From contig CALVYB010000001.1 of NCBI GenBank assembly GCA_944371955.1, forward strand, positions 422 to 64,421: a DNA stretch of 64,000 bases, read 5' to 3'. This stretch comes from an uncultured Bacilli bacterium (GTDB taxonomy: Bacteria; Bacillota_I; Bacilli_A; RF39; UBA660). Below the pieces are notes generated by a model. It was not told where the DNA came from. It worked only from the letters and a program-made list of their open reading frames with translations, and made no database searches. Shown here piece by piece: positions 10,312 to 20,224 of the stretch. The stretch's first letter is position 1. Each line of letters begins with the position of its first letter. The translations under genes and the position numbers were made by a program.

Positions 10312-10548
10312 TTAATTAAATCTAAAACCTGTAGCTCCATATTCACTAATATATTTAGAAAACTTATAGTTAGCATTATCTAAGGAAAAACTAATTTTAT
10401 TTTCTTCACAATAAATTACATAAATTTCTCCTCCTAGAAATAAATAAACCACTTCAATTTTTTCTATATTTTTATAACAAAGATTTAGATTTACATTATT
10501 TTTCAAATAAATTATCATAATAATATATTTTGCTACTATATTCACCAA
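10312..10548 (-). CDS. small hypothetical protein
   Basis: 78-aa ORF at the head of the 10548->7387 minus-strand gene string. Low complexity; uncertain. Confidence 0.25.
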   Translation of the reverse strand: MVNIVAKYIIMIIYLKNNVNLNLCYKNIEKIEVVYLFLGGEIYVIYCEENKISFSLDNANYKFSKYISEYGATGFRFN

Positions 10549-10604
10549 GATAATTTTTATATAACAATTCTAAAGTTAATCTATTTTGTTTTTCTTCAAT
10601 AAAA

Positions 10605-10630
10605 AAAGACGATTTTGTTTTATCGTCTTT
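10605..10630 (-). terminator. rho-independent terminator of ppdK (bidirectional shape)
   Basis: AAAGACGAT-TTTGTTTT-ATCGTCTTT hairpin flanked by A7 and T-rich sequence, just downstream of the ppdK stop at 10669. Confidence 0.6.
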
Positions 10631-10668
10631 TATAAAAATTAATCTAACAAAGAACTCTTTTTTATATT

Positions 10669-13302
10669 CTATTGATTTTTCCCAGCGGATTTGATAGCAG
10701 CTTGAGCAGCAGCAAGTCTAGCAACAGGTACTCTGAATGGAGAACAAGATACATAATTTAATCCTACTCTATGACAGAAGTCGATTGTCTTAGGATCTCC
10801 ACCATGTTCACCACAAATACCAAGCTCCAAATCACTTCTAGTTTTTCTACCAAGCGTTGCCGCCATATCAATAAGCTTTCCAACACCATCTTGATCAACA
10901 GTAGCAAACGGATCTTGATCTAAAATACCTTTTTGATAATAATCACTTAAATATTTAGAAGCATCATCACGAGAGAATCCAAAAGTCATTTGAGTTAAAT
11001 CATTAGTACCAAAACTAAAGAATTCTGCCTCTTCGGCTATTTTATCAGCTAAAAGCGCAGCTCTTGGAATTTCAATCATTGTACCAACTTTATAGTCAAC
11101 TGTAACTCCAGCTTTGTCCATAACTTCTTTAGCTGTATCAACAACTACCTGTTTAACAAATTGTAATTCCTTTACAATACCAACTAATGGAATCATAATT
11201 TCCGGATGAACATTGATTCCTTCTTTTTTTACATTAATTGCCGCTTCAATTACAGCTCTAGTTTGCATCTTTGCAATTTCTGGATATGTAATAGCTAAAC
11301 GACATCCACGATGTCCCATCATAGGATTAAATTCTTTTAAAGAATCTACTCTATTTTTTAATGTTTCATAAGTAATTCCTAAACTATCAGCAAGTGGTCT
11401 CATTTCTTCTTCTGTTTTAGGTAAAAATTCATGTAGTGGTGGATCTAAGAAACGAATAATAACGCATCTATCATCCATAGCTCTAAACAATCCCTCAAAA
11501 TCTTCTCTTTGATAAGGTAATATCTTTTCTAGAGCCGCTTCCCTAGAATCTAAGTCAGTAGCAGTAATCATCTTACGGAAATTAAAAATTCTTTCCTCAT
11601 CAAAGAACATATGTTCCGTACGACAAAGTCCAATTCCTTCAGCACCAAACTTTTTAGCTTGTAATGCATCTCTAGGAGTATCGGCATTTGTACGAACTTC
11701 TAATGTGCGATATTGATCTGCCCACTCCATAAATGTTTCAAAATTTCCTGTAATACTAGCATCAACAGTTTTAACTTGTTCAGCATACACTTTACCAGTA
11801 CTACCATCTAAACTAATATAATCTCCTTCTTTTAAAATACGTCCATCTTTTAATGTTAAAGTCTTCTTTTCTTCATCAATAACTAAATTACTACAGCCAG
11901 AAACACAACAAGTTCCCATTCCACGAGCAACTACAGCTGCATGACTTGTCATACCACCACGAAGAGTTAAAACTCCATGAGCAAGATTCATACCTTCAAT
12001 ATCTTCAGGTGAAGTTTCTAACCGAACTAAAATAATATCTTTTACGCCATCCTTATGCATACGAATAACATCTTCTGCAGTAAACGCAATATGACCAGTA
12101 GCAGCACCAGGAGATGCAGCAAGACCTTCAGCAACACACTTTGCAGCCTTTAAACTGGCATTGTCAAACATAGGATGAAGTAATTGATCAAGCTGTTTTG
12201 GGTCAACCATTAATAGTGCTTGTTCTTTTGTAATCATTCCTTCTTCAACCATATCAACGGCAATTTTTAATGCCGCAGCTGCAGTACGTTTACCATTTCT
12301 TGTTTGAAGCATAAAAAGTTTTCCATCTTCAATAGTAAACTCCATATCTTGCATATCTTTATAATGATTTTCTAATATTTTACAAATTTTATTAAATTCT
12401 TCATAACATTCTGGCATTACTTCTTTTAAAGTATCGATAGATTGAGGCGTTCTAATACCAGCAACAACATCTTCACCTTGAGCATTCATCAAATATTCGC
12501 CAAACAAACGGTTTTCTCCAGTCGCAGGATTTCTAGTAAATGCAACACCAGTTCCAGAAGTATCTCCTCTATTACCATAAACCATTTCTTGAACATTAAC
12601 AGCAGTACCCCAACTACTTGGAATATCATTTAAACGACGATAAGTAATTGCTCTATCATTCATCCAACTTCTAAATACCGCTTCTACGGCTGCCATTAAT
12701 TGCTCTCTAGGATCCTGCGGGAATTCACAACCGGCTAATTTTTTATATTCTTCCTTGTAAATAGTAACAACTTCTTCTAAATCTTCAGCTGTAAGTTCAG
12801 TATCAAGTTCTACTCCCTTTTCTTCCTTTATGGCATCAAATTTTCTTTCAAAAGAAGACTTCGGAAACTCCATAACAACATCTGCAAACATTTGAATAAA
12901 ACGACGATAAGAATCATAAACAAAACGTTTATTATTCGTAACTTCGCTAAATCCTACTGCAACTTCATCATTCATTCCAAGATTCAAGATAGTGTCCATC
13001 ATGCCAGGCATACTAGCACGAGCTCCACTACGAACAGATACTAACAAAGGATTTTTTTGATCTCCAAACGTTTTTCCAGTAATTTCCTCAAGCTTATGAA
13101 TCTTCTCATCAATTTGATTCATAATTTCATCTGTTAACTTACGATTATGATCATAATAACTCGTACAAGCTTCGGTAGTGACTGTAAACCCTCGAGGTAC
13201 TGGTAATCCTATATTAGTCATTTCTGCTAAATTAGCCCCTTTTCCTCCCAATAGATTTTTCATATCTTTACTGCCTTCAGTAAATAAATAGACGTATTTC
13301 AT
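10669..13302 (-). CDS. ppdK: pyruvate, phosphate dikinase
   Basis: 877 aa. N-terminus 'LLGGKGANLAEM', central phospho-His domain 'GGMTSHAAVVARGMG' and C-terminal PEP-utilising domain. Confidence 0.92.
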   Translation of the reverse strand: MKYVYLFTEGSKDMKNLLGGKGANLAEMTNIGLPVPRGFTVTTEACTSYYDHNRKLTDEIMNQIDEKIHKLEEITGKTFGDQKNPLLVSVRSGARASMPGMMDTILNLGMNDEVAVGFSEVTNNKRFVYDSYRRFIQMFADVVMEFPKSSFERKFDAIKEEKGVELDTELTAEDLEEVVTIYKEEYKKLAGCEFPQDPREQLMAAVEAVFRSWMNDRAITYRRLNDIPSSWGTAVNVQEMVYGNRGDTSGTGVAFTRNPATGENRLFGEYLMNAQGEDVVAGIRTPQSIDTLKEVMPECYEEFNKICKILENHYKDMQDMEFTIEDGKLFMLQTRNGKRTAAAALKIAVDMVEEGMITKEQALLMVDPKQLDQLLHPMFDNASLKAAKCVAEGLAASPGAATGHIAFTAEDVIRMHKDGVKDIILVRLETSPEDIEGMNLAHGVLTLRGGMTSHAAVVARGMGTCCVSGCSNLVIDEEKKTLTLKDGRILKEGDYISLDGSTGKVYAEQVKTVDASITGNFETFMEWADQYRTLEVRTNADTPRDALQAKKFGAEGIGLCRTEHMFFDEERIFNFRKMITATDLDSREAALEKILPYQREDFEGLFRAMDDRCVIIRFLDPPLHEFLPKTEEEMRPLADSLGITYETLKNRVDSLKEFNPMMGHRGCRLAITYPEIAKMQTRAVIEAAINVKKEGINVHPEIMIPLVGIVKELQFVKQVVVDTAKEVMDKAGVTVDYKVGTMIEIPRAALLADKIAEEAEFFSFGTNDLTQMTFGFSRDDASKYLSDYYQKGILDQDPFATVDQDGVGKLIDMAATLGRKTRSDLELGICGEHGGDPKTIDFCHRVGLNYVSCSPFRVPVARLAAAQAAIKSAGKNQ

Positions 13303-13386
13303 TCATTGCCTCCTATTCTCTATTTACACATTAAGTATAACATATAAAAGAAAAAAATATATACTTTTTTGTCTAATAAAAAAGAG

Positions 13387-13689
13387 TTATTTAACAAACT
13401 CTTTTAACTCATTTTCATCCATAAAACCTACATTTTTCTTAATCAATTCACCGTTAGAAAAAATCATAATAGTAGGAATTGACATAATACCATAACGTCT
13501 AGCAACGCTCTCTACTTCATCAACATTTACTTTATAAGTATCTAAATTCATTTCTTTGCTAACACTTTCTAAAATTGGACTTAACATTTGACAAGGTCCA
13601 CACCATTCCGCATAAAAATCCACGATAACTTTGCTTTTTTTAATAACCTCATCAAATTCTTTCTCGCTTTTTATATAATTCATAAACAT
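13387..13689 (-). CDS. trxA: thioredoxin
   Basis: 100 aa with the 'WCGPCQ' active site. Confidence 0.9.
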   Translation of the reverse strand: MFMNYIKSEKEFDEVIKKSKVIVDFYAEWCGPCQMLSPILESVSKEMNLDTYKVNVDEVESVARRYGIMSIPTIMIFSNGELIKKNVGFMDENELKEFVK

Positions 13690-13735
13690 CCTCCTTAATA
13701 ATATTTATTTTATCATATTTTTTCAAAAGTATAAA

Positions 13736-14452
13736 CTATTCATATTTTTCAATAACTTTATTCAAACCCGAAATACCCTTCAATTTATCTAAAATTATTA
13801 ACTGTTTAGCTGTTTTGGGACTAACAACTTTATATTTTAATAATATATCCAAAGTTTCAACATTAGCTTCATTCTTACTAATGTCACCTTTAGATAAATC
13901 TTCTCCCAAGGTATAAATTTCATTAATAGAATTACTTATATTTTTAGAACTACCAGCAAGGATAGGAGTTTCATAAACAATATAATTGGCTAACTTACTG
14001 CTTTCAAAAACATCGGTATTTTTCAAAGGAATAAGCAAAGCTAATAAAACTACAAACACCATAACATAACCAGTAATAAATGCTACAACCGCACCAATTA
14101 ACTTAGAAGGTAACCACAAAATAATAGTCATATGGATAATTTTTTGAACGATTCCAGAGATTTTAACAACAAGCATATATATGCTAAATAATAGACTATA
14201 AATAATCAAGAAGGCAATCAACTGATAAAGTAAAATATTTAAAACTACCACACCTTTTAAATTACCTGCGAAGTTAAAAAAAGGTAACCACTTACACAAA
14301 ACATTTCCTAATATTCCTTTAAAAGAAAATGCTAAAACAAAAACTATGATAATTCCTAATAAAGAAACAATCTCTTTAATCGCCCCTCGCTTAAATCCAA
14401 TAATTGCACTCATAATTAGAATCAAGACAATAACAATATCTAAAACATTCAT
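13736..14452 (-). CDS. CvpA-family membrane protein
   Basis: N-terminus 'MNVLDIVIVLILIMSAIIGFKRGAIKEIVSLLGIII' matches the CvpA (colicin V production) family. Four TM helices. Confidence 0.6.
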   Translation of the reverse strand: MNVLDIVIVLILIMSAIIGFKRGAIKEIVSLLGIIIVFVLAFSFKGILGNVLCKWLPFFNFAGNLKGVVVLNILLYQLIAFLIIYSLLFSIYMLVVKISGIVQKIIHMTIILWLPSKLIGAVVAFITGYVMVFVVLLALLIPLKNTDVFESSKLANYIVYETPILAGSSKNISNSINEIYTLGEDLSKGDISKNEANVETLDILLKYKVVSPKTAKQLIILDKLKGISGLNKVIEKYE

Positions 14453-14524
14453 AACATCAACTCCTTATTATTTTATTATAAACGTTTTTTTTGTTTTGTG
14501 CTATAATAATTTTGAGGTGGAACA

Positions 14525-15436
14525 ATGAATATTGTTATTAAAGTAAATGAAGAAACAAAAGAAAAAATGATTGAATATTATAAAGATAAAGTTCGAGATA
14601 AAAAAATCCCATATGCTATCTTTCAAGCCCAAGAAGAAGATACTGTAATCACTTTATACGAATCTGGAAAAGCCATGTTCCAAGGAACTAGCGCTGATGT
14701 AGATGCAGCTATGTGGGGAACAGTTTTAGATAATACAAAAGAAAAGCAAGAAGAAGAAAAAAAGAAAAATCAAAAATATCATAATTGTTCATCTGTAGGT
14801 TCAGATGAAGTAGGAACAGGAGATTACTTTGGGCCTATCGTAGTTACAGCTGCATACGTAAAAAAAGAAGATGTTGAAAAGTTAGAAAAATTAGGTGTTG
14901 GGGACTCAAAAAAAATAACAGATGAGAAAATAAAAAAAATAACTCCAGAACTCATAAAAATTGTAAAATATAGAAGTATGATTTTAACCAATAAAGAATA
15001 TAATGAAAAATATACCAAAAATATTAATATGAACAAAATAAAAGCGATTCTCCACAACAAAGTACTATACCAATTAATATCAGAAGAAAAGCCAAACATT
15101 GATTACATTATAGTAGATGAATTTGCAAGAGAAACAAGATATTATGAATATTTAACAGGAATACCAAACATACAAAGAAATATTACATTTATGACTAAAG
15201 CAGAAGATAAAAACTTAGCAGTTGCCGCCGCATCAATTATCAGTAGATATATCTTTTTAAAAGAATTCGATAAATTAGCAGACTCTATCCATATACCTCT
15301 ACCAAAAGGTGCTGGAAAAGATGTAGATAAAATTGGAGAAGAAGTTGTAGAAAAATATGGTGAGGATAAACTACGAGAAATTGCTAAAATTAATTTTAAA
15401 AACACAGATAGAATATTACATACTTTAATTTATTAA
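14525..15436 (+). CDS. rnhC: ribonuclease HIII
   Basis: N-terminal DUF3378-like region followed by an RNase HII/HIII catalytic domain 'VGSDEVGTGDYFGPIVVTAAYV'. Confidence 0.85.
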   Translation: MNIVIKVNEETKEKMIEYYKDKVRDKKIPYAIFQAQEEDTVITLYESGKAMFQGTSADVDAAMWGTVLDNTKEKQEEEKKKNQKYHNCSSVGSDEVGTGDYFGPIVVTAAYVKKEDVEKLEKLGVGDSKKITDEKIKKITPELIKIVKYRSMILTNKEYNEKYTKNINMNKIKAILHNKVLYQLISEEKPNIDYIIVDEFARETRYYEYLTGIPNIQRNITFMTKAEDKNLAVAAASIISRYIFLKEFDKLADSIHIPLPKGAGKDVDKIGEEVVEKYGEDKLREIAKINFKNTDRILHTLIY

Positions 15437-15487
15437 AAAGAGACAAAATGAACTGAACCCCAAAAATTGGACAGTTTATAAATTATT

Positions 15488-16303
15488 TTAATTAGAGGAT
15501 TGTAATCTGTAATTTACAGGCGACAATCCTTTTAATTTTTCTTTAATTCTATCATAATTATAATACTTAATATAATCATCTATTGCTTTTATTAATTCAT
15601 CTATATTTTTATAATTATTTTCTTGTTCATAAAACATTTCTGTTTTAAGTATTCCAAAAAAGTTCTCCATCATTCCATTATCAATACTATTTCCTTTTCT
15701 AGACATACTTTGGATAATACCACGCCTTTTTAATCTTTCTTGATATGATCGATGTTGATATTGCCATCCTTGATCTGAATGAAGTATTAATCCATTGAAA
15801 TCATCACTCTTTTCAAATGCTTTATTAAGCATATCAGTTATTTGTTCCAAATTAGGTGTTTTAGAAATATTGTGAGATATAACTTCACCATTGAAACCAT
15901 CCAATATTGGCGATAAATAACATTTTTCCCCACGTAGATTAAACTCTGTTACATCTGTATACCATTTCTTATTTGGTTTATCTGCTCCAAAATCTCTATT
16001 AATATGATTATCCGCAATTTTCCCTATGGTTCCTTGATAAGAAGAATATTTTCTTTTATTTCTTTTTAATGGTCTTAACCCTAATTTAACCATTATTCTA
16101 TAGACTTTTTTATGATTAACATTATACCCCTGATTTCTAAGTTCTAAAGTAATTCTACGATAACCATATCTTTTCTTATGATCAATAAAGATTGCCTTTA
16201 TTTTATTAATTATTTCTTCATTTTTAATGTCTTTGTCAATTTTCGATAAAGTATAGTAAAATGTAGATTTAGCTAATCTAGATATTTGTAGAAGAATCAT
16301 CAA
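15488..16303 (-). CDS. IS3-family transposase OrfB (DDE integrase core)
   Basis: 'HSDQGWQYQ' and rve-type core. Overlaps orfA in the -1 frame, the usual IS3 programmed-frameshift arrangement. Confidence 0.85.
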   Translation of the reverse strand: MMILLQISRLAKSTFYYTLSKIDKDIKNEEIINKIKAIFIDHKKRYGYRRITLELRNQGYNVNHKKVYRIMVKLGLRPLKRNKRKYSSYQGTIGKIADNHINRDFGADKPNKKWYTDVTEFNLRGEKCYLSPILDGFNGEVISHNISKTPNLEQITDMLNKAFEKSDDFNGLILHSDQGWQYQHRSYQERLKRRGIIQSMSRKGNSIDNGMMENFFGILKTEMFYEQENNYKNIDELIKAIDDYIKYYNYDRIKEKLKGLSPVNYRLQSSN

Positions 16304-16335
16304 AGGATATGTTTGCCGAAGTTCACTTACAACAC

Positions 16336-16842
16336 TTACTTTTTCTTCTGTTGTTGATTCTTCCTTGCTTGAACAACGGCTCTCAATTTTTTTGAATATT
16401 CTAATTCAGCCTTTAAGTATAAATTTTCTTCTTCTAATCTTTTAATTTTTTCTTTATCAGTTTCCTTTACTTTCTTTTTTAACGTTTTGGACATAGTCGG
16501 ACGACCTCTCTTTCGTTCAACTATATTATAACCCATATTTTTATATTCTCGAATCCAATTAAATAAAATACCATTACTTAAAAGCCCTTCATCTATCGAT
16601 ACAGAACAAGCAGATTCATGATTTAACAATACACGATTAATAATTCTTTGTTTTTCAGTAATTGAGTATTGTTTGTTTTTGAAAGTTTCGATAATATCAC
16701 ATCCATGCCTATCTATTAATTTAATTAAATAATTAAGATTATTAGCACGAACATTATATTTAGACGATAAATAACTAATTGATTGTCCATTTTTCCTTCC
16801 TTGATAAATATTAATTTTATCTTTATAACTTAATTTAGACAT
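16336..16842 (-). CDS. IS3-family transposase OrfA (HTH plus leucine zipper)
   Basis: Helix-turn-helix N-terminus with a coiled-coil 'IKRLEEENLYLKAELEY' and a K-rich tail. Confidence 0.85.
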   Translation of the reverse strand: MSKLSYKDKINIYQGRKNGQSISYLSSKYNVRANNLNYLIKLIDRHGCDIIETFKNKQYSITEKQRIINRVLLNHESACSVSIDEGLLSNGILFNWIREYKNMGYNIVERKRGRPTMSKTLKKKVKETDKEKIKRLEEENLYLKAELEYSKKLRAVVQARKNQQQKKK

Positions 16843-16997
16843 AATAAAACCTCGTTTCTATGTCCAAGAAACGGGGTTCATATCAAAAAGTCTCTTTTGT
16901 TTTTTTATAATTTAGGAAAATATAAATGTATTCCAAAAAATAATAAACAAAAAAGAAAAGTTAAAAACTTCTCTTATTATATAATGAAATACATATT

Positions 16998-18374
16998 CTA
17001 TTGATATTGCCTTTGATAATTTTCTTTAAGCTTTTCAATATTTTTTGAACTAGAAGTAATAGTCATAGAAACATGTCCCAATTTATCATACGTGTATAAT
17101 TTATTGTCCTTCAAATTTTCAATAATACTATCCGTAACCTCATTTATATTAATAGTGTTAATAGTATCATAGTTAACATAAATTTCATTATTATCTTTTT
17201 CGAGTTTTGCAGCTTGATAATCAGAATAATAATCCAATCTAACTCTAACTCGATCAGTCATACTATTATCTTCGACAAATTTTAAATAGTAGCAATCATA
17301 ATGAACAAGCAAATCATCATTCATCATATATATATCTTCTTGTGTTGTTTGTCTAAAATTACTAGGGACATCATTAATAACATTTAAATTAAGAAAATAC
17401 CAAATAGAAAGACCTAGTCCAATAGCACTTACAACAATAGAAGAAATAATAGTAATAATGACTCTTCTTCTATTAAATCGCAAATTAAATATAAAATCTA
17501 AAATCAGTTCTATAACAACTAAACAAAATATAGTAATTCCCAATGCAATTAAAATTGGTCCCAACAAAAATACGCCATTAAAGATTAAAACTATTAATAA
17601 AACAAAAGCTATAATCAACATAATAACACCAATAACTGCAGGTATTAACAAAAATAATAAAAATACTTTTAAACACACCGTAATAGCTCGAGACAGCAAA
17701 TCCAATAAACTAAATCCTTCAGTACGCTTTACTTTTATTATTTTTTTCTTTTTGTTTTCTTTAAGAACTTTATCCTCTGAAGTATCACTGATAACAGAGT
17801 TTGAAAAATCATCAACTTCCTCTATCACAATCTCTTCTCCATCTAAAAACTTTACTTTAAAAATATATAAAAATGTGGCAATAGCTAAAATCGCATAACT
17901 AGCATTAAAAATAAAATTCCAAAATCTAGAAAAGAAAACACTAAACCAATTATCACCTGTATAAAACAAACTAATAACCATTTCTTTAAACAACATAAAA
18001 GGAACAGAAAAACACAAAATAACACAAATAATAATTATTATTTGAGCTCCCATTTTTATAATCTCTTTAAAACTTTTATGTTCAAACAAATAGATAGTTT
18101 TCTTTATATAATCAGCAATGTTTTGAAACACATTCCTAACAACGCTACTAGCATCTTTCTTTTCACGTTCTTCCAATACATCTTTATTAATTAATACATT
18201 CATATCACAATGAAACAAATTACATATTGTAACAATTTTATCCATCTCAGGATAACTAGCACCAGACTCCCACTTAGAAACAGATTGTCTAGTCACACCT
18301 AATTGTTCCGCTAATTGTTCTTGAGAAATTCCTTTTTCTTTTCTCAATTTTTGTAAGTTTTCACCAAACTTCAC
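16998..18374 (-). CDS. XRE-family helix-turn-helix regulator fused to a polytopic membrane domain and extracellular C-terminal domain
   Basis: N-terminus 'LRKEKGISQEQLAEQLGVTRQSVSKWESG' is an HTH_3 motif. It is followed by at least five hydrophobic helices. Confidence 0.7.
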   Translation of the reverse strand: MKFGENLQKLRKEKGISQEQLAEQLGVTRQSVSKWESGASYPEMDKIVTICNLFHCDMNVLINKDVLEEREKKDASSVVRNVFQNIADYIKKTIYLFEHKSFKEIIKMGAQIIIIICVILCFSVPFMLFKEMVISLFYTGDNWFSVFFSRFWNFIFNASYAILAIATFLYIFKVKFLDGEEIVIEEVDDFSNSVISDTSEDKVLKENKKKKIIKVKRTEGFSLLDLLSRAITVCLKVFLLFLLIPAVIGVIMLIIAFVLLIVLIFNGVFLLGPILIALGITIFCLVVIELILDFIFNLRFNRRRVIITIISSIVVSAIGLGLSIWYFLNLNVINDVPSNFRQTTQEDIYMMNDDLLVHYDCYYLKFVEDNSMTDRVRVRLDYYSDYQAAKLEKDNNEIYVNYDTINTININEVTDSIIENLKDNKLYTYDKLGHVSMTITSSSKNIEKLKENYQRQYQ

Positions 18375-18462
18375 CTTTTCATCACCTCGAAAAAATCATA
18401 CTATGTTAACCAGTTGCGCTCCACCAATTTTTAGTTGTTTTATGTAAAATATTAGTTGCTTT

Positions 18463-18963
18463 TCACTTTTTTTCTAATTTTAATAGTGAATATAGTTGTT
18501 GTTTATCACCTTTTACAAATCCATTTTGTAAAAATAGTATTGGAACTTTTTCCCTTGTATATAAGCAAAATACATCTTTTCCAATTTTAACTTTTTTTAC
18601 ACTATGTAAAGAATAAACATCCCTCTTTTTTGAATTCTCATTTTCAATAATAATATCATTAGAACTAACAATAACTTTTATATACACATCTTTTCCATTA
18701 CTTTGATTCGAAAAAGTTCTATAAGTAACTTTTGCCAAAAGCAAAGGAAGAAAAAAATAATAAAAACATCCTAAAATCAAAATAACTAAACTAAATATCC
18801 CAAAATAAATATCGTTTTCCGAAAACGAAGAAACAGTAGAAATTAAAACCAGTGTTAATAAAACCAAATAAAACTTGGATTGTAAATTCAACCGATAAAA
18901 TTTCTTCAACACGGAATAGTCTAAAATATACTCATTAACAACTTTTTTCATAATCTCACCCAC
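18463..18963 (-). CDS. hypothetical membrane protein (YcxB-like architecture: two TM helices then a small soluble domain)
   Basis: 166-aa ORF. Two hydrophobic segments, then a beta-rich C-terminal region. Confidence 0.4.
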   Translation of the reverse strand: MGEIMKKVVNEYILDYSVLKKFYRLNLQSKFYLVLLTLVLISTVSSFSENDIYFGIFSLVILILGCFYYFFLPLLLAKVTYRTFSNQSNGKDVYIKVIVSSNDIIIENENSKKRDVYSLHSVKKVKIGKDVFCLYTREKVPILFLQNGFVKGDKQQLYSLLKLEKK

Positions 18964-19056
18964 TATAATTATATCAAAAAAAGAGGTATAATTACCTCTA
19001 ATATTTTAATTTATATAGATTTTAAAATTTTTGATTATACTTAACGTATAACTACT

Positions 19057-20208
19057 TTAATCATTGTTTTTAACAAACTGATTAAATTCCTTAATTTCTG
19101 GAGTTTCCATTTCCGTTTTAGCAAGTTTTTCAATCAAATTCTTTTGTTCGCGAGAAAGTTTTTTGGGAGTATAAACTTTAAAAATCACATACATATCTCC
19201 TTTAGTCTTTCGATATTTATTATCTACACCTTTACCTCTGATACGCTGTTTATCTCCACTATTAGTTCCAGCAGCAATATTAATCTTGACATTGCCATAA
19301 AGTGTTGGAATATCTTTTTTACAACCAATAATAGCTTCTGTCAAAGTAAGAGGAACTTCAACATAAATATCATCTTCTTGTCGAACAAAAACTTCATGTT
19401 CTTCTACCACAAATTCTAAATATAAATCTCCATTCTCTCCACCATTAGTACCAGGGTTACCTTTGCCACTAACACGCAAACGATCTCCTGTATTAATACC
19501 TGCCGGAATACTGATAGTAATAGTTTTATTTTTCTTAACTTTTCCCTTGCCTTTACAAGTAGTACATTTTCTTTTAAAAGTGCTACCTGTACCACCGCAA
19601 TCGGGGCAAGTACTTTTAGATAAGAAAGACCCTAATATAGTATGCTGTTCTGAAGTAATAGTACCACTTCCATGACAAGTAGAACACTTTTCTTCTCCAA
19701 AACCGCCTTTACCATCACATTCATCACAATCTTCAACAACATCTAAATCGAATTTTTTCTCACATCCAAATACTGCTTCATTAAAGTCTAAATCCATTCT
19801 CATTAATACGTCGTTTCCACGACGTGCCCTATTTCCACGAGCATTAGAATTTCCTCCTCCAAATCCAAAACCAGAAAATCCTCCTGCACCACCAAAAATA
19901 GAATCAAAAATGTCTCCAAAATCAAAATCTGATGCATCAAAACCTTGATAAGAATAGCCACCAGCACCACGAGGTCCATTTCCTACCCCAGCATGACCAT
20001 ATTGATCGTACATTTTTCTTTTAGATTCATCAGACAAAACAGAATAAGCTTCTTGTGCTTCCTTAAATTTTTCTGCTGCATCAGGATTATCTTTATTTAA
20101 ATCCGGATGATACTGTTTTGCTTTTTTACGAAAAGCACTTTTAATCTCATCTTGTGTAGCATTCTTACTTACACCAAGCACCTCGTAATAATCACGTTTT
20201 TCAGCCAT
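19057..20208 (-). CDS. dnaJ: molecular chaperone DnaJ
   Basis: J-domain 'HPD', G/F-rich region and four CxxCxGxG zinc-finger repeats. Confidence 0.95.
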   Translation of the reverse strand: MAEKRDYYEVLGVSKNATQDEIKSAFRKKAKQYHPDLNKDNPDAAEKFKEAQEAYSVLSDESKRKMYDQYGHAGVGNGPRGAGGYSYQGFDASDFDFGDIFDSIFGGAGGFSGFGFGGGNSNARGNRARRGNDVLMRMDLDFNEAVFGCEKKFDLDVVEDCDECDGKGGFGEEKCSTCHGSGTITSEQHTILGSFLSKSTCPDCGGTGSTFKRKCTTCKGKGKVKKNKTITISIPAGINTGDRLRVSGKGNPGTNGGENGDLYLEFVVEEHEVFVRQEDDIYVEVPLTLTEAIIGCKKDIPTLYGNVKINIAAGTNSGDKQRIRGKGVDNKYRKTKGDMYVIFKVYTPKKLSREQKNLIEKLAKTEMETPEIKEFNQFVKNND

Positions 20209-20224
20209 TTTATCACTTCCTTAT

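Larger units (their letters stand above)
15449..16885 (-). mobile_element. IS3-family (IS150-like) insertion sequence with orfA/orfB; TG...CA ends; flanked by AAAA (15445..15448 and 16886..16889)
   Basis: Terminal inverted repeats TGAACTGAACCCC-N5-TTGGACA (low end) and TGATATGAACCCC-N5-TTGGACA (high end, reverse complement). Reconstructing the flanks gives AAAAAGAGAC-AAAA-GTCTCTTTTGTTTTTTT, an intact hairpin plus T-run, so the IS sits in the loop of the rnhC terminator. Confidence 0.75.

Noticed and set aside
12442-12633. Plus-strand ORF within ppdK; similar antisense ORFs at 4869..5111, 14824..15099, 15142..15405, 17458..17898, 19144..19675, 20443..20658, 22260..22604, 23049..23303, 23679..23996, 26698..27185, 31972..32178, 33319..33621, 34037..34279, 37049..37315, 39833..40283, 40531..40746, 42621..42818, 46193..46588, 49535..49798, 50211..50411, 50941..51123, 52987..53337, 55164..55373, 55899..56180, 59929..60111, 62315..62536 and 63529..63975
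   Set aside because: All are embedded antisense or out of frame within confidently assigned genes and lack start-site signals.
15435-15448. 'AAAAGAGAC' arms interpreted as extended IS3 inverted repeats
   Set aside because: The arms are perfectly complementary to each other across the insertion and, with the downstream T-run, reconstitute a host terminator. The true IS termini are the internal TG...CA repeats.
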